Shown here in pieces: positions 61,763 to 64,000 of a stretch of DNA of 64,000 bases. The notes below the pieces were generated by a model. The model made no database searches. It was not told the DNA's origin and saw only the letters and a program-made list of their open reading frames with translations. The stretch comes from an uncultured delta proteobacterium (lineage in GTDB: Bacteria > Desulfobacterota > Binatia > UBA9968): assembly GCA_963745035.1 (NCBI GenBank), contig CAVUVW010000019.1, positions 192,001 through 256,000 on the forward strand. Reading direction: 5' to 3'. The translations under genes were made by a program, and so were the position numbers. Position 1 is the first letter of the stretch; the number at the start of each line of letters is the position of its first letter.

Positions 61763-64000
61763 TTAACCTTTTTCTTTTAGCGCGCGGAGAATTTTTTCCG
61801 GCGTGATCGGCAAGGTTTTCACCCGGACGCCGACGGCATCGAAAATGGCATTGTTAATCACCGCCGCCGTCGGATCCATGTTGAGCTCGCCCAATCCTTT
61901 GGCGCCAAACGGGCCCGTGGGCTCATAAGAATCCGCAAACGCATGCTGCAGCGGCGGCATGTCGCGCATGGACGGAATACGATAATCGGAAAAATTTGGA
62001 TTGACCGGCTTTCCCTCGTCGATCTGCAAGCCTTCGGTGAGGGCGTAGCCGATGCCTTGGGCCAACCCGCCTTCGACCTGGCCCTCGGCCCCAAGCGGGT
62101 AGATCACCGTGCCGCAGTCCGAGGCGACGACAAACTGAAGAATTTTCACCTGTCCGGTTTCCGGATCGACGTGCACTTGCGCGGCCTGGGCGCCGTAGTT
62201 ATAAGCGCCGGACTCGTTGCCGAAGCGGGTGCTGTCCGGCAATACCGAATCGGCGTCGAAGCTGCCGGAGCCGACGATGGGGGCGCCGTTGTGGCGGAAC
62301 AGTCGCGCGCGCGCGACGTCCGATACCGTCAACGATTTTCCCTCCGCGCCTTTGACGAAAATCTTTCCCTCGCGGGACGTAAGATCGGCGGCGTTTGCTT
62401 CCAGCATCTCGGCGGCTTGCTCGAAGAGTTGCTGCTTAACGTTGGTCGCGGCGTTCTTGACTGCATTGCCGCTCACGTAGGTGAGCCGGCTCGCGAAAGC
62501 GCCTAGGCAAAAAGTCGTGAGATCGGTGTCGGCGCGGGAGATCTCCACGTCTTCCACCGGCACGCCCAGTTCCTCGGCGGCGATCTGGCACATGGCGGTA
62601 TGCACGCCCTGGCCGCATTCGCCTTCGCCGCTCAAGATCAGCGCCTTGCCGTCTTCATTGATCTTGATCGTCGCCGAGCTGCCGTCGTAATCGCCGAAAT
62701 GGCGCTTGCCGCTGACATGCACGGTGCAGGCGAGGCCCAAGCCGGTGTTGGGCTGCTTGTTGGCGCGCTTGGCTTTCCAATCGATCATTTTTTCGGTCAT
62801 ATCGAGGCACTGCTTCAGCTCGCAGCTCGTAACCCGGTTGCCGTGCGGCGAAACATAGCCGACTTCCGCGGCGTTGATGCGCGCAAGTTCCATCGGATCA
62901 ATACCGAGCGCGTGAGCGCCTAAGTCGATGGCTTGCTCGACCGCCCATTCCGCCGACGGATTGCCGAAGCCGCGGAACGCGCCGGTGGGAACTTTGTTGG
63001 TGTAAACCAGCTTGGCGTCGATCTTGACGTCGGAATATTTGTAGCAGGTGTCGTGGCGCATGGCCGCGACACCGGTGATCGCCGGCGCTTTGGCCGAGTA
63101 GGCGCCGTTGTCGGCGATGACTTTCAATTCCTTGGCGCGGATGCGGCCGTCCTTCTTGAAGCCCATCTTGACGTTGATCTTCATGAACACCCGCGGCCGG
63201 CAGCCGGCGAGAAATTCTTCCTCGCGCGTGTTGATCAACTTGACCGGCTTGCGCGCTTTTTTCGCCAGCACGGCGGCGACCAGAGCGTTGTTGTCGTCGC
63301 AGGACTTGCCGCCGAAGCCGCCGCCGACGGCGCTCTGGATGATGCGCACGTCGGTCTCGGGAACGCCCAGCGCGGTGGCGATGCGATAGCGCGCGTTAAA
63401 CAACGTCTGGGTGTTCATGTAGATCGTGTACTTGCCGCTGGTGGCGTACTCGGCCACGCTGCCGATGGTCTCGATGGAGCAGTGCCACTGCGGCATGCTC
63501 GTAAACGTGTCTTCGACGATCACATCGGAGTCGGCGAACGCCTGGGCGACGTTGCCGCGCTCCAGGTCTAAATGCATGGCGATATTGTTCGCCTTGTCGT
63601 CGTGCACCAACGGAGCTCCGTCTTTCATCGCCTCTTCGGCGTCGAACACTCCGGTCAGCGGCTCCCAATCGACTTCGATGAGATCGATTGCTTCCTCGGC
63701 GATATCCGGATCGATGGCCGCCACCGCAGCGACTTCCTCGCCGACGTAGCGGGTCTTGCCGACGGAAAGAATATATTGATCGGCAAAAAACGCTCCCCAG
63801 GGTCGTTTGATCGTGTCTTCCGCGGTCACAACGGCGCGCACGCCGGCAAGTTTTTCCGCCTTGCTCGTATCGATATGGCGGATGCGCGCATGAGGAAAGG
63901 GACTGCGCAAAACCTTTCCCACCAGCATGCCGGGAAGATAGATATCTGCGATATACTCCGAGTCGCCGGTCACCTTGTCGAAGCCTTCGACCCGCTGCAC
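61763..64000 (-). CDS. Xanthine dehydrogenase-family molybdopterin large subunit (5' end at or beyond window edge)
   Basis: LRSPFPHA, VGGGFGGK, AFRGFGNP, ECGQG, GQVEGG, FGAKGLGE. Confidence 0.95.
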   Translation of the reverse strand: MQRVEGFDKVTGDSEYIADIYLPGMLVGKVLRSPFPHARIRHIDTSKAEKLAGVRAVVTAEDTIKRPWGAFFADQYILSVGKTRYVGEEVAAVAAIDPDIAEEAIDLIEVDWEPLTGVFDAEEAMKDGAPLVHDDKANNIAMHLDLERGNVAQAFADSDVIVEDTFTSMPQWHCSIETIGSVAEYATSGKYTIYMNTQTLFNARYRIATALGVPETDVRIIQSAVGGGFGGKSCDDNNALVAAVLAKKARKPVKLINTREEEFLAGCRPRVFMKINVKMGFKKDGRIRAKELKVIADNGAYSAKAPAITGVAAMRHDTCYKYSDVKIDAKLVYTNKVPTGAFRGFGNPSAEWAVEQAIDLGAHALGIDPMELARINAAEVGYVSPHGNRVTSCELKQCLDMTEKMIDWKAKRANKQPNTGLGLACTVHVSGKRHFGDYDGSSATIKINEDGKALILSGEGECGQGVHTAMCQIAAEELGVPVEDVEISRADTDLTTFCLGAFASRLTYVSGNAVKNAATNVKQQLFEQAAEMLEANAADLTSREGKIFVKGAEGKSLTVSDVARARLFRHNGAPIVGSGSFDADSVLPDSTRFGNESGAYNYGAQAAQVHVDPETGQVKILQFVVASDCGTVIYPLGAEGQVEGGLAQGIGYALTEGLQIDEGKPVNPNFSDYRIPSMRDMPPLQHAFADSYEPTGPFGAKGLGELNMDPTAAVINNAIFDAVGVRVKTLPITPEKILRALKEKG

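Overview
GC-rich bacterial chromosome window, mostly catabolic and transport genes. It holds three xanthine-dehydrogenase-family molybdenum hydroxylase clusters, many ABC/TTT solute-binding proteins, UbiD, LLM, SDRs, an amidase, 3-hydroxyanthranilate dioxygenase, ThiI and a CBS/CGL pair. The gene content and intergenic repeat style suggest a Binatia/deltaproteobacterial-type genome (inference). More than 20 genes are broken by single-base indels, often in homopolymers, which looks like long-read assembly error rather than real decay. No rRNA, tRNA, CRISPR, integrase or transposase was recognised. Four main points of interest: (1) a putative selenium/thiol redox locus at 45.9-50.5 kb. It has an unannotated BCP peroxiredoxin with an in-frame TGA at the peroxidatic Cys plus a SECIS-like hairpin, then a LysR, twin LysR boxes, an Egt1/EgtB-like sulfoxide synthase, DUF427, a leaderless PhnD-like protein and a Cys-containing paralog. 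(2) An integrase-less attC cassette cluster at 9.3-11.2 kb, carrying a trypsin-like protease whose middle third is inverted. (3) A vapBC module bracketed by a ~160-bp duplication of the cystathionine gamma-lyase 3' end. (4) Four tandem binding proteins sharing a CxxCYxHH motif. All family assignments come from motif recognition only; no searches were run.
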